NCBI GenBank assembly: GCA_964349945.1
Contig: CAYGIH010000002.1
Span: 125,492 to 189,491, forward strand
Direction: 5' to 3'
DNA: 64,000 nt
Origin: an uncultured Candidatus Saccharibacteria bacterium
GTDB taxonomy: Bacteria; Patescibacteriota; Minisyncoccia; Phycocordibacterales; Zambryskibacteraceae
In this document: one piece after another, positions 39,266 to 49,066 of the stretch
Position numbering within the stretch: position 1 is the first letter of the stretch
Layout: every line of letters begins with the position of its first letter
Notes under the pieces: generated by a model
Database searches by the model: none
What the model saw: the letters and a program-made list of their open reading frames with translations, nothing else
Told to the model about the DNA's origin: nothing
Made by a program: the position numbers and the translations under genes

Positions 39266-39555
39266 TTATGTACTTGAATAGGCAGGGACTCATATAATGA
39301 AAATCTGGGGATTAGAATAAATTTTTTACTTTCATTCTCTTCTATGAGGGATATAATTTATTCAGGGTTATTTGAGGTATTATCTAGCAAATATATTTCA
39401 GGGAGCCAACCGTATTATCAAACTTCGGTTCGATGATCGAGGCACCCACCTTAGTTTTTTACTAGGGTATACTGAAAATAACCCCACTAAAGTTCTGCTC
39501 AGAGGAGCAGATTTTTAGTTTAAGAGAAGCAATTCATATCTGGTATAATTAAAAA

Positions 39556-39951
39556 ATGAAAAAATCACTCTTGAATACAAGTTTTTTAGTTTTAATTTGT
39601 ATTTTAATAATTCATCTTATAGGAATAAAATTTTATTTTTATTGGGATTCAAGGTGGTTTGATAATTTGGCTCATTTTACTGGAGGTTTGGGTGTCAGTC
39701 TGCTTTCGCTTTGGATTTTGTTTGTTTCAGGAGTGTTTGGTAAACATAAACCAAGTAAAAAACAAATTTTGTTTGCCAGTATTTTTTGTGGATTGATAAT
39801 AGGTATAGGTTGGGAAGTTTTTGAATTTATAAATGATATAGCTGGGCCGATAGAGAGTTATCAATTGGACACAGCTTGGGATTTGTTTATGGACCTAGTT
39901 GGGGCATCAGTTGCATATTTAATCGCCAGAGATGGAGAATACTATGAGTAA
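39556..39951 (+). CDS. Hypothetical membrane protein
   Basis: 3-4 TM helices. A TGGTATAAT extended -10 sits only about 6 nt before the ATG, so the mRNA is leaderless or has a short leader. Confidence 0.45.
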   Translation: MKKSLLNTSFLVLICILIIHLIGIKFYFYWDSRWFDNLAHFTGGLGVSLLSLWILFVSGVFGKHKPSKKQILFASIFCGLIIGIGWEVFEFINDIAGPIESYQLDTAWDLFMDLVGASVAYLIARDGEYYE

Positions 39952-41308
39952 ACCAACTCTTACTTGTTGGGGTGGAGTTGGTGCGGTCACTGGTGCTAAT
40001 TTTTTGTTTGAGACAGGCACTAAGAAAGTTTTAATTGATTGTGGTCTTCTCCAAGGTCTTCCTAGTGCAGAAAACATTAACGCAGAAAAATTTGATTATG
40101 AACCAACATCAATAGATTTTCTTTTTATTACCCATGCTCATATAGATCATATAGGCAAAGTTCCTAAATTAGTTAAGGATGGGTTCAAGGGTATTATTTA
40201 CTCTACAGGAGAGACAAGGGCCATCGCAGAATTAATGCTTGCAGACATGGCCAAAATAAATACATCTAATGCTCATGGGACAGGGTCAGAGCCACTATAC
40301 GGACATGATCATGTGGTCAAGGCCTTGAGTTTGTGGCAGACGATTAATTATCATGAACAAAAGGATTTTGGGGATTTTAGTCTTGAATTGTTTGATGCTG
40401 GACACATACTTGGCTCAGCCATGTATAAATTCACCTTTAAAAGCGGTAAAACTATGCTTTTCACTGGTGACTTGGGCAATTCGCCTTCTCCGCTCCTCAG
40501 GGATAATGAAAGGGTTTCTGGGCTCAGTTATCTCCTTATGGATTCGGTTTATGGAGACAGAAACCATGAAGATAAAACAGAAAGAGACAGAAAATTTAAA
40601 GAAATTATTGAGAGGACAGCCAAGGAGGGTAGAACACTTCTTGTCCCTGTTTTTTCTCTTGAACGAACACAAGTTTTGCTTTATGAATTAAATGAATTAT
40701 TTGAATCCAAACAAGTGACACAAATTCCTGTTTTCCTTGATTCACCTTTGGCTATTCATGTGACCGAGATTTATGAACGCATCACCAAAGAGTATAAAAA
40801 GACTGTGCAGGATGATATAAGGGGTGGGGATGATATCTTTGTTTTCCCTAAACTTCGTTCTATAACTGAATCACGCGAGTCTAGAGAAATAGTAAATATT
40901 AAAGGTCCAAAGATAATCATGGCTGGTTCAGGGATGTCTACGGCTGGGAGAATTGTGGGGCACGAAGAGATATACCTTCCAGATCCAAAAGCAACCATTC
41001 TCTTTGTTGGGTATCAAGCCCCAGGGACACTAGGTAGACAAATATCAGAAGGTGCAAAAAATGTAATGATAAAAGATAGGGGTGTCGAAGTGAGAGCAGA
41101 AGTGATACAAATCGATGGATTTTCTGCTCATGCGGATTCTGATGCTTTGGTAAATTTTGTCTCGAACACTGCCGAAACATTAAAAAATGTTTTTGTCACT
41201 ATGGGTGAACCAAAATCAGCTATGTTCCTTGCTCAAAGACTTAATGATGAGCTAAATGTGAAAGCTATCATGCCTGAGAGAGGGAAGAGATATGAATTAG
41301 ATTTATAA
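39932..41308 (+). CDS. MBL-fold beta-CASP RNA-metabolising hydrolase (RNase J / CPSF-like)
   Basis: HAHIDHIG motif, beta-CASP region, 458 aa. Confidence 0.75.
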   Translation: MENTMSKPTLTCWGGVGAVTGANFLFETGTKKVLIDCGLLQGLPSAENINAEKFDYEPTSIDFLFITHAHIDHIGKVPKLVKDGFKGIIYSTGETRAIAELMLADMAKINTSNAHGTGSEPLYGHDHVVKALSLWQTINYHEQKDFGDFSLELFDAGHILGSAMYKFTFKSGKTMLFTGDLGNSPSPLLRDNERVSGLSYLLMDSVYGDRNHEDKTERDRKFKEIIERTAKEGRTLLVPVFSLERTQVLLYELNELFESKQVTQIPVFLDSPLAIHVTEIYERITKEYKKTVQDDIRGGDDIFVFPKLRSITESRESREIVNIKGPKIIMAGSGMSTAGRIVGHEEIYLPDPKATILFVGYQAPGTLGRQISEGAKNVMIKDRGVEVRAEVIQIDGFSAHADSDALVNFVSNTAETLKNVFVTMGEPKSAMFLAQRLNDELNVKAIMPERGKRYELDL

Positions 41309-41333
41309 AAAACCGGCACTGCCGGTTTTTTTG

Positions 41334-41678
41334 TTATTTGGTTGCTTCGTAAACTTTTTTGAAAATTTCTGGGTGTTTCTCTGCGAGTTGAGCGAGAATT
41401 TTCCTATCTAGTGCAATCTGCTTCTTCTTTAGAGCTGGGATAAATTTTGAATAAGATGTACCAAGATCCTTGAGGATAGCACTGATGCGAACGTTCCAAA
41501 GTCGGCGCATATCTCCCTTCTTATCCTTTCTGTGGGCAAATGAGTAAGTACCTGCGTGGAAAATGGCTTCGTTTGCTTGTCTCTCCTTGGTACCTCGACC
41601 ATGCCTATAACCCTTAACTTTTCTGAGGATATTTCGTCTTGTTTTGAGAGCGTTTACTCCTTTTTTAACTCTTGTCAT
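41334..41678 (-). CDS. rplT: Ribosomal protein L20
   Basis: MTRVKKGVNALKTRRN... Confidence 0.92.
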   Translation of the reverse strand: MTRVKKGVNALKTRRNILRKVKGYRHGRGTKERQANEAIFHAGTYSFAHRKDKKGDMRRLWNVRISAILKDLGTSYSKFIPALKKKQIALDRKILAQLAEKHPEIFKKVYEATK

Positions 41679-41687
41679 AGGGTTTGA

Positions 41688-41900
41688 TTATAGATTAACT
41701 AGATAACGGCTTCTTTCTTTGTTAGACATATGAAATTCAACCTTACCACTTTTTCCTCCTTTGCTTGCGTGACGCTCCTTGGCATTAAAGTGATTTTGGC
41801 CAGTTTTTCTAGCTAAAATCTTGCCACTTTTGGTGACTTTTAGGCGTTTGCTATATGATTTATTGGTTTTCATAGCCATTTCGGTAGGTTTTAGCTTCAA
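41688..41900 (-). CDS. rpmI: Ribosomal protein L35
   Basis: Small basic protein between infC and rplT. Confidence 0.8.
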   Translation of the reverse strand: MKLKPTEMAMKTNKSYSKRLKVTKSGKILARKTGQNHFNAKERHASKGGKSGKVEFHMSNKERSRYLVNL

Positions 41901-42001
41901 GGTTTTAGCTGTCAGCTTAGGTGCTCTATATTACTCATTTATGCTGTATTTGTCCAGTATTTCAAGCTAGAAAGCTAATTAGCTAATTAGCCGAAAGCCA
42001 C

Positions 42002-42511
42002 CTATGCTCTTTCTACGATAATTGTCATACCCTTAGGGCTTTTGACTGCAGGAGCAGCTGTTTTGTACTCCACAGTGAGGAGCTTCAGCATTCTTTCAAG
42101 GCGTTCTTGGAGGAATTTATTATCCAAATATTTGGCTCTCCCGGGGAGAAAAAGATCTATTTTGACTCGGTTGCCTTCAGCGAGCCACTCACTTGTCTTC
42201 CTGGCTTTGAGGGCGAGGTCATGGTCACCTGTGCCGAGCTTCACTTGAACGGTCTTAATTTCCACAGAGTGAGACTTCGATTTGGCTTGTTTAAGCTTTT
42301 TATTCTCTTCATATTGATACTTACCAAAATCAGCTATCTTGGCCACTGGGGGGACAGCGTTCGGAGATATCTCTATAAGGTCGAGGCCGAGGTCGGTGGC
42401 TTTCTTGAAAGCTTCTTCAAAGCTAATAACACCAAAATTTTCACCCTTAGGTCCGATGACACGGAGTTCACGTGCCCTTATTTGCATATTAAACCTGACG
42501 TTTGTACTCAA
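42002..42511 (-). CDS. infC: Translation initiation factor IF-3
   Basis: IRARELRVIGPKGENFGVIS core. Non-ATG (TTG) start at 42511, or alternatively ATG at 42487. Confidence 0.85.
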   Translation of the reverse strand: MSTNVRFNMQIRARELRVIGPKGENFGVISFEEAFKKATDLGLDLIEISPNAVPPVAKIADFGKYQYEENKKLKQAKSKSHSVEIKTVQVKLGTGDHDLALKARKTSEWLAEGNRVKIDLFLPGRAKYLDNKFLQERLERMLKLLTVEYKTAAPAVKSPKGMTIIVERA

Positions 42512-42582
42512 CTTTTTTGTTTTATTATTGCGGAGATTATAACAGTTTAAAGTGACCTCTACAAGGAGTATAATATTCGGAT

Positions 42583-42816
42583 ATGGAATACAGACACCGA
42601 GTGCCTACCTTAGACGAATTGAGGCAAAACAGAGTTGATTCAAGGCGAAAGACCAACAAACCAAAGTCTAAGTTATTTGGTAATGGGAACAAAGAATTAG
42701 AAGCGATAGAGAAATTGAAGGAAAGGATAGAAATAGAGAACGACATCATCCTTGCTCACCTTGAGAATCAAAACGAGCTTTTGCTTGAGATGATTAGAAA
42801 AATAGAGAGGAAATAA
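42583..42816 (+). CDS. Hypothetical coiled-coil protein
   Basis: 77 aa charged helical protein at native GC. Confidence 0.4.
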   Translation: MEYRHRVPTLDELRQNRVDSRRKTNKPKSKLFGNGNKELEAIEKLKERIEIENDIILAHLENQNELLLEMIRKIERK

Positions 42817-42825
42817 AAGCCGCGG

Positions 42826-43020
42826 TTAGGCGGTTTTGTTGGGTCGACATTCTGGGCAACGTCCATCCACGAGGTACTGTACTCGTACTGCGAGGTGACA
42901 GTTGATGCAGTAAGCAGCCATCTTCAAGAGAATCAAATCAGATTCTCTGGTGGATGCAGATTCTTGGAGATAAGGACTTTTCCTCGCTGGTATCACTGAA
43001 GTGGTCACCTGTTTCTCCAT
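42826..43020 (-). CDS. Possible small zinc-ribbon protein
   Basis: CINCH...CPEC pair. No convincing SD or promoter, so this is a weak call. Confidence 0.25.
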   Translation of the reverse strand: MEKQVTTSVIPARKSPYLQESASTRESDLILLKMAAYCINCHLAVRVQYLVDGRCPECRPNKTA

Positions 43021-43128
43021 TTGAAGTGTCTGAAATAAATTTACTCCATATAGGATAAAAAATCATTTCAAATTGTGTATAACAAAAAAGCCCCGACAGA
43101 AGCCAAGGGCTAATCTGCGGGGCTGAGC

Positions 43129-43359
43129 TTAGAAAAGCGAAGTCAGAGGCAAGGTCAAGAAATATCCGGCCCACTTGAAGAGTACCCCAGTTATCCAGAG
43201 AATTACTCCGATCAGTGGGATGCTAATCGCGACGGTGGCTACCCGACCGGCGGGGCCGAGCGGATATCCGTCTGCAGTGATTGAGTCTCTGTTTACATAT
43301 GCCGTCAACATGGCGACAATGTACAGACACCACGCCAGTATTACGAGAAGGGTGTGCAA
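43129..43359 (-). CDS. Small 2-TM membrane protein (paralog of 43816-44061), TTG start
   Basis: Promoter TTGACA-N17-like at about 43390-43420 (minus). GAGGT-tccc-TTG. Leader and protein align with the 44061 paralog (…AM…SIT…P[IL]G…). Terminator repeat R1 at 43084-43124. Confidence 0.5.
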   Translation of the reverse strand: MHTLLVILAWCLYIVAMLTAYVNRDSITADGYPLGPAGRVATVAISIPLIGVILWITGVLFKWAGYFLTLPLTSLF

Positions 43360-43448
43360 GGGAACCTCGTTTGTGTGAGAGGACGAAGAGTATCTAACTA
43401 GTATTAGATACCTACTTAGACCATTTGTCAAGTAATAAAAAACCCGCA

Positions 43449-43697
43449 TTACTTGCGGGGTTGCTTGCTGACTGTGGTGACCTCAATACGAATTCGCGGT
43501 TCTTCTTCTTGCATTGTCCAAAGAAACGCCATGGCGAGACCAACTTTGCTACCCTTAACTACTAGCCAATCACCCTTGCGTTTGTAGAGCGGGTTAGGGA
43601 TACGTTCCATAATCCATGTGCCCGCAGACAACATGACTCGTTTGCGGTTGCTTCCATCGATGAGTTGAACAGTGATAGGGAAGGTGACTTTGTACAA
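43449..43697 (-). CDS. Small hypothetical protein (82 aa), TTG start
   Basis: GAGGT-gtcac-TTG. Own terminator CAACCCCGCAAGTAATGCGGGTTTTTT (minus) at about 43436-43462. Confidence 0.45.
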   Translation of the reverse strand: MYKVTFPITVQLIDGSNRKRVMLSAGTWIMERIPNPLYKRKGDWLVVKGSKVGLAMAFLWTMQEEEPRIRIEVTTVSKQPRK

Positions 43698-43815
43698 GTG
43701 ACACCTCGTCGAGCGGGTTGAACAGTCTTTTATTACCTTACGCTTAATATAAAAAATGTAAAACAGAAAAGCCCCGACAGAAGCCGAAGCAAATCTGTGG
43801 GGGCATGGAGAAGAA

Positions 43816-44061
43816 CTACTCCTTATTGATGCGCGTTAGGCGTGGGTCGTTCGCTCGAATGTTGAGCACCCAATCGTAGCTCAAGATGAAGATCATGCAG
43901 CCGGCGACCATGATGAGCAAGCTGATGATGGTTGCTCCGATGGGATCGGCGACATTCCCGGTGATGCTGTGACCCAAGCAATCCGCACCGAGTACCGCCA
44001 TGCACATGGCCGGAAAACCGACGAGGAAAAGCAGGAGCAGTGACTTCACAAACACGGACAT
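43816..44061 (-). CDS. Small 2-TM membrane protein (paralog of 43129-43359)
   Basis: Perfect minus-strand promoter TTGACA (44127-44132)-N17-TATAAT (44104-44109). GAGGT-cacg-ATG at 44061. Terminator repeat R2 at 43767-43803. Confidence 0.6.
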   Translation of the reverse strand: MSVFVKSLLLLFLVGFPAMCMAVLGADCLGHSITGNVADPIGATIISLLIMVAGCMIFILSYDWVLNIRANDPRLTRINKE

Positions 44062-44179
44062 CGTGACCTCGGCGTGAGAGAACAGGAAGATACTCTACCT
44101 TATATTATATACCTATTTATCCTATTTGTCAAGTAGAAAATATGCCTAATATACTAGGTTTATTTGCTACAATAAATCA

Positions 44180-44479
44180 ATGACATCACCCGAACAAAAT
44201 TTTTTTAATGACAAGGATATACACGAAGTAGTTATAAACGGTTTACCTGAAGTAGAAGATTTAAAAAAGATTGATAAGGAGTTAGATAAACAAGACGCTC
44301 TTGAGCAAATGTTTGGTGGGAGTATTAAAGAAGATGATAGAGCAGGGAAACAAAGAGCAGAAAGTTCGTGGGACAGATTTTTTAAAAAAGGCTGGCAGAA
44401 AATTAAACCTTCAAAAGCAGAAATAATAGAAGATACAGAGATTACCAGAGCCCAGAGACAAAGCCCAAGGAATCAATAA
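44180..44479 (+). CDS. Hypothetical charged protein
   Basis: 99 aa at native GC. Ends at the bidirectional hairpin 44484-44507. Confidence 0.4.
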   Translation: MTSPEQNFFNDKDIHEVVINGLPEVEDLKKIDKELDKQDALEQMFGGSIKEDDRAGKQRAESSWDRFFKKGWQKIKPSKAEIIEDTEITRAQRQSPRNQ

Positions 44480-44511
44480 ATTAAAAATCCCCAATTGGGG
44501 ATTTTTAATTA

Positions 44512-44905
44512 TGGTGGAGATGCCGGGAATCGAACCCGGGTGCAAAGAGAGATTCAAGTGAAGTCTACGCGAGGTAGGATGCTTCATTTAGTTCGAACAG
44601 AAAGATACAAAACAAACGAAAGCTCTTTCAATTCTATTCCCTTAATCTGAGAGTCAGTCGAGAAACACAAACTCCGAGTCTCTAGTTATTACGCACGCTT
44701 ATGAGTCAGAGGCACCCATCATAAGGCACGGTCGCACGCGAACTGTTAAGCTCGAGCGTAAGCGAACTGGAAATCATTCACACCGAAGTATGGTGATATC
44801 CTTGCAACAGTTTTGTTTGCAATTGTTTTTGAAGCGGATTAAAGAGTCACTTCGGCTCTCTCGCGCATCACTCGAATGAATCTCCTTGTCTAGGCCGATC
44901 ATCCC
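44512..44905 (-). ncRNA. ssrA: tmRNA (SsrA)
   Basis: 3' end ...CCGGGTTCGATTCCCGGCATCTCCACCA (T-arm plus acceptor plus CCA). 5' GGGGATG pairs with the 3' acceptor and gives a G3:U70 wobble. Internal tag ORF ends ...FAYARA-TAA. Adjacent to smpB. Confidence 0.8.
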
Positions 44906-45004
44906 CCTAAAACATTTTTGTATACAAAAATGTTCGGGCGATCGATTTGTAAACAAATCGATTTAGCCATAAAGCATCCTTGTATAAATGTTCGGGCGAA
45001 CAAA

Positions 45005-45274
45005 TTAATGGCTCGCCCTACTTTGTTTGTATTTATCTAGTATTTTCTTCTTTTCTCTCGCGCCCCACAAACTTTTTAGAAATCTTTCTCTATTGAACGC
45101 TTCAGTCTTATCTTCAAATTTTTCACTATGGATAAGACTGAGCGGTCTGCGAGATTTAGTTGCTTGCACGGCTCCATTGTTGTGTCGCACTAATCTTTTC
45201 TCAAGATTAGTGGTGCAACCAACATAAAGTTTGTGGTCTTTAGAACTTAGAAGGATATAAACAAAGTAGGGCAT
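45005..45274 (-). CDS. GIY-YIG nuclease superfamily protein (YhbQ-like)
   Basis: FVYILLSSKDHKLYVGCTTNLEKRLVRHN GIY-YIG motif. 89 aa. Confidence 0.75.
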   Translation of the reverse strand: MPYFVYILLSSKDHKLYVGCTTNLEKRLVRHNNGAVQATKSRRPLSLIHSEKFEDKTEAFNRERFLKSLWGAREKKKILDKYKQSRASH

Positions 45275-45284
45275 ACCATACTTA

Positions 45285-45722
45285 TTATTTCAATTTACGA
45301 TTCAGGTCTCTCTCGACATCGCGTTTCTTGATGGATTCGCGTTTGTCGAATTTTTTCTTGCCTCGCGCAATGGCGAGGTCAAGCTTTAGAAACCTACCTT
45401 TATTATACACCGAAAGAGGCACGATTGTCAAGCCTTTAGTCCCTTCAGCTTTTTCTAATTCACCAAGCTCTGCCTTGGTTAGAAGTATTTTCCTTGCCCT
45501 AGTTGATTCATAGTCCGCAGGGGCGTTTTTTGGCTGATAGGCTGGGATGTCAGCATTGAGGAGGAAGGCTTCTTTACCTCGGATGGTCACATAAGCCCCA
45601 GAGAGGGAAATGTGCCCAGCCCGAACAGACTTCACTTCTTGGCCAGTTAGCTCGAGCCCAGCCGTGAACTTCTCAAGGATTTCATAATCAAATGTCACTT
45701 TTCTGTTCTGTGCGAGTGCCAT
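45285..45722 (-). CDS. smpB: SsrA-binding protein SmpB
   Basis: Conserved SmpB core (GLELTGQEVKS, SGAYV). Confidence 0.9.
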   Translation of the reverse strand: MALAQNRKVTFDYEILEKFTAGLELTGQEVKSVRAGHISLSGAYVTIRGKEAFLLNADIPAYQPKNAPADYESTRARKILLTKAELGELEKAEGTKGLTIVPLSVYNKGRFLKLDLAIARGKKKFDKRESIKKRDVERDLNRKLK

Positions 45723-45767
45723 GGGCTAATCATAGCAAAGTATCTGTTTTTAGGTATAATATGCCCC

Positions 45768-47717
45768 ATGACAACACCTAAAATACCCAAGAATAAAGAG
45801 AAAAAGAGCGCAGGGAAGTCGTTTAAGCTTGTGATAAAAAAGGGTGCAGGAAGTGCGACCAAGGGGCCAATTAATCAGGGCATTATGGCTATCCTGATTT
45901 TTCTTATACTCATCACCATATATTCGATGGTGAGTGATGTTTCGAAGAAAAAGGAAGTCATCTCTATCTCTGAACTTTCTCAAAACATCCAAAAATCTCT
46001 AGTCACTTCTATTGCTGTGAAGGGAGACAACCTCGATATTGTTTATAAGGATGGGGCAGAGAAAACTTCCAAGAAAGAAGAGGGAACCCCCATCACCACT
46101 ACTTTCAAAAATTATGATGTCACACCAGAAGCCCTTTCTGCAGTGAAGATAGATGTACAGAATAATCAAGGGCTTGGATATTGGGTGCTCAACCTCCTTC
46201 CAATTCTCCTCCCAATCGGCTTCATACTTTTCTTCATTTGGTTTTTATCTAGACAGGTGAAAGGTGCGGGTATGCAAGCGATGTCCTTTGGACAATCAAA
46301 GGCGCGCATGACTCTCCCAGATGATAAGAAAAATCTAGTTACCTTCAAGGACGTGGCTGGGGCGAAGGAAGCCAAGGAAGAACTCACAGAAATAGTAGAC
46401 TTCCTAAAAAATCCTAAGAAGTTTCTGGATATTGGTGCCCGTATCCCAAAAGGTATCCTGCTCATGGGTGCACCGGGGACAGGTAAGACTTTGCTCGCTC
46501 GAGCGGTGGCTGGGGAAGCAGGTGTGGCTTTCTTCTCCATCTCCGGTTCTGAATTCGTAGAGATGTTCGTGGGTGTTGGAGCATCACGAGTGCGTGATTT
46601 GTTTGATATGGCCAAGAAGTCGAGTCCTGCGATAATCTTCGTCGATGAGATAGACGCAGTTGGAAGAGTACGTGGAGCAGGAATGGGTGGAGGCAATGAT
46701 GAACGAGAGCAAACTTTGAACCAAATCCTTGTGGAGATGGATGGCTTCGAACCAAATGAGAAGGTGATAGTCATGGCGGCCACTAACCGTCCAGATGTTC
46801 TTGACCCAGCTTTGCTTCGTCCTGGACGCTTTGATAGACGAGTGACTTTGGATCTTCCGGACAGAGGTGATCGTGAAGAGATTTTGAAAATCCATGCACG
46901 ACAGAAGCCTTTTGCAGAAGATGTTCATCTCCCTCTTATTGCTGAACGAACACCTGGATTTTCTGGTGCAGATTTGTATTCACTTATGAATGAAGCGGCT
47001 ATCCTCGCAGCCAGAGAGAATAGAACCAAAGTCAGTCAGTTTGATTTAATTCGCTCCATAGAGAAGGTGATGCTTGGTCCAGAACGAAGGTCACATATCC
47101 TTTCTAAGAAAGAAAAGGAACTCACTGCTTACCATGAAGCAGGGCACGCAATTTTGGCCTCGGTTCTTCCTTATGCTGACCCAGTGCACAAGATTTCTAT
47201 AATTGCCCGCGGTCGAGCAGCCGGATATGTCCTCAAACTTCCACTTGAAGATACCAAACTCCAATCCAAGAAAGAATTTATAGATGACATCACCGTGGCC
47301 CTCGGAGGATATGTGGTGGAGAAAATGATTTATAAAGATTTGACCACTGGTCCATCAAACGATCTGCAAGTTTCTACTGCTCTTGCTCGAGATATGGTGA
47401 CCAAATATGGGATGAGTGAGAAACTTGGACCAATAGCTCTCGAAGGTGCGGGAGGACGAGTGCTCTTTGGTTCTGGAGTAGAAAACAAAGAATATTCTGA
47501 GAGAGTCAGTGCAGAAATAGATGCAGAAGTGTCTAAGATTATGAACGAAGCGATGAAGAAAGCCGAAGAAATCATCAAACAACATGAGAATTTGCTTGAG
47601 GTCATAGCCAAAAGATTAGTTGTGGTAGAGACAATAGAACAAAAGGAATTTGAAGAACTACTCATAGCCAACGGAGTCACTCCAAAGAAAAAGAAAGACA
47701 TCGAACATCAAGCTTAG
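45768..47717 (+). CDS. ftsH: ATP-dependent zinc metalloprotease FtsH
   Basis: AAA Walker A GPPGTGKT, SRH, HEAGH zinc motif, N-terminal TM pair. Confidence 0.95.
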   Translation: MTTPKIPKNKEKKSAGKSFKLVIKKGAGSATKGPINQGIMAILIFLILITIYSMVSDVSKKKEVISISELSQNIQKSLVTSIAVKGDNLDIVYKDGAEKTSKKEEGTPITTTFKNYDVTPEALSAVKIDVQNNQGLGYWVLNLLPILLPIGFILFFIWFLSRQVKGAGMQAMSFGQSKARMTLPDDKKNLVTFKDVAGAKEAKEELTEIVDFLKNPKKFLDIGARIPKGILLMGAPGTGKTLLARAVAGEAGVAFFSISGSEFVEMFVGVGASRVRDLFDMAKKSSPAIIFVDEIDAVGRVRGAGMGGGNDEREQTLNQILVEMDGFEPNEKVIVMAATNRPDVLDPALLRPGRFDRRVTLDLPDRGDREEILKIHARQKPFAEDVHLPLIAERTPGFSGADLYSLMNEAAILAARENRTKVSQFDLIRSIEKVMLGPERRSHILSKKEKELTAYHEAGHAILASVLPYADPVHKISIIARGRAAGYVLKLPLEDTKLQSKKEFIDDITVALGGYVVEKMIYKDLTTGPSNDLQVSTALARDMVTKYGMSEKLGPIALEGAGGRVLFGSGVENKEYSERVSAEIDAEVSKIMNEAMKKAEEIIKQHENLLEVIAKRLVVVETIEQKEFEELLIANGVTPKKKKDIEHQA

Positions 47718-48009
47718 TATAATTATCTGGTGTTAAGGAAAACTATAATCATCGGTGTTGCGGTTTATGCGGTCTCTATGTTTCTTGGATTTTTTGTCTA
47801 TAGAAATGTTTATTTGGCCCAGTCCTTGGAAGGGACACAAGATTATCTGGCTTCAGTGTTTTTGGCCTTGAGAAATTTATTTTTTTAAATAACAAAAAAC
47901 CATTTTTCTTTGCACGATAGTTTTCTACTGAAAACTTCTCTGCTCAAGCCAAGCTTTCAGCAAGGCACGAAAAATGGTTTTTTTGTATTACTTCTTTATG
48001 TCGTCCATA

Positions 48010-48213
48010 TTACATCTTTGCCTCACAAGCCTTACAACAATTCTTGTGATTAAATACTTCGTACAATGCAGAAATGCCCACTAAGACGTAAACAATCCTA
48101 GCTACTGTGGTGCCTACATACGTGGCAAGATCCCATCCACCTACGAGAGCTACAAGCAACCAATTCAAACCTCCGATAACCAACAAAACAAATGCAATTT
48201 TATGAAGCTTCAT
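48010..48213 (-). CDS. DUF378-family small membrane protein
   Basis: KIAFVLLVIGGLNW...IVYVLVGISALY matches the DUF378 pattern. Confidence 0.6.
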   Translation of the reverse strand: MKLHKIAFVLLVIGGLNWLLVALVGGWDLATYVGTTVARIVYVLVGISALYEVFNHKNCCKACEAKM

Positions 48214-48343
48214 ATTTTAATTAACAATTAAAACAATTATTTATAAACCTTGTTAATTATAGCATCCCCTAGACTTTGGAAATTTTTTTTCCACAACCTA
48301 TTTATAAGAAAAAATGCCGAGCAACTACGCTCGGCATCTAGTG

Positions 48344-49066
48344 TCATCCCCAACCACGGTGTCGTTCGATGACTCGGTCCACATACTCTACGACAAAAAT
48401 GAACAAGTCGTACAGAAAGTGAACCAAGATTGCCGCCGGCAACCCGTATTTGAACATGAGGTAAAAGAAAAACATGCCACCGAACCAGGAATTTATCATG
48501 CCGATGATACCTTGGTACGCATGACCATTCCTGAAGTCTCCATTCACGCTGATAACTGCAGCACCCACAGCCCACCCGAAGCCATTCATGAGGATTGGCT
48601 TCAGATAGCCTAGAGTAAAGAAGTTGGCAACTGGGATGAAGAAGTGTGTGTAGAACCATTCGGCGATTCCAAAGCCGGCCCAGCCGAAGAATAGCCAGTT
48701 AACGATTTTCAGAGATACCATAGCTCCGAAGAAAAGAATCCAACGGAAGCAGATTTCCTCCATGACACCGGCCTTGATGCTGACGAGGAGACCATTGAGA
48801 AGGTGATCCTCAGCATAACGGTTTTCCTCACGGCTGTTCCTTGTGAAGACTGAAACGAGCGTGGTGATGCCCGTGCCCCACAAGAGCAGTATCCATGAGT
48901 GCTTGACCGCTTCAATCAGAGAGCCACCAATCTTCCAGAAATGGAAGAAATCAAATGGGATAGTCTGTGGGCGGATTGCCTTAACGATGGTGATGAACAC
49001 CAACGTCGATATGGCAATAGAAATGTAACTCCGCTTCTTTTCTTCGGCGGTTATTCTTCGTGACAC
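48344..49066 (-). CDS. CPBP-family intramembrane glutamic endopeptidase (CAAX protease/Abi domain), high GC, GTG start
   Basis: Motifs EExxxR (EEICFR), FxxxH (FRNGH), HxxxD (HFLYD), multi-TM. Minus-strand promoter TTGACT (49155-49160)-N17-TAATAT (49132-49137). GGAGG-6nt-GTG. Terminator GCCGAGC-GTAGTT-GCTCGGCATTTTTT (minus) at 48310-48340. Confidence 0.7.
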   Translation of the reverse strand: MSRRITAEEKKRSYISIAISTLVFITIVKAIRPQTIPFDFFHFWKIGGSLIEAVKHSWILLLWGTGITTLVSVFTRNSREENRYAEDHLLNGLLVSIKAGVMEEICFRWILFFGAMVSLKIVNWLFFGWAGFGIAEWFYTHFFIPVANFFTLGYLKPILMNGFGWAVGAAVISVNGDFRNGHAYQGIIGMINSWFGGMFFFYLMFKYGLPAAILVHFLYDLFIFVVEYVDRVIERHRGWG

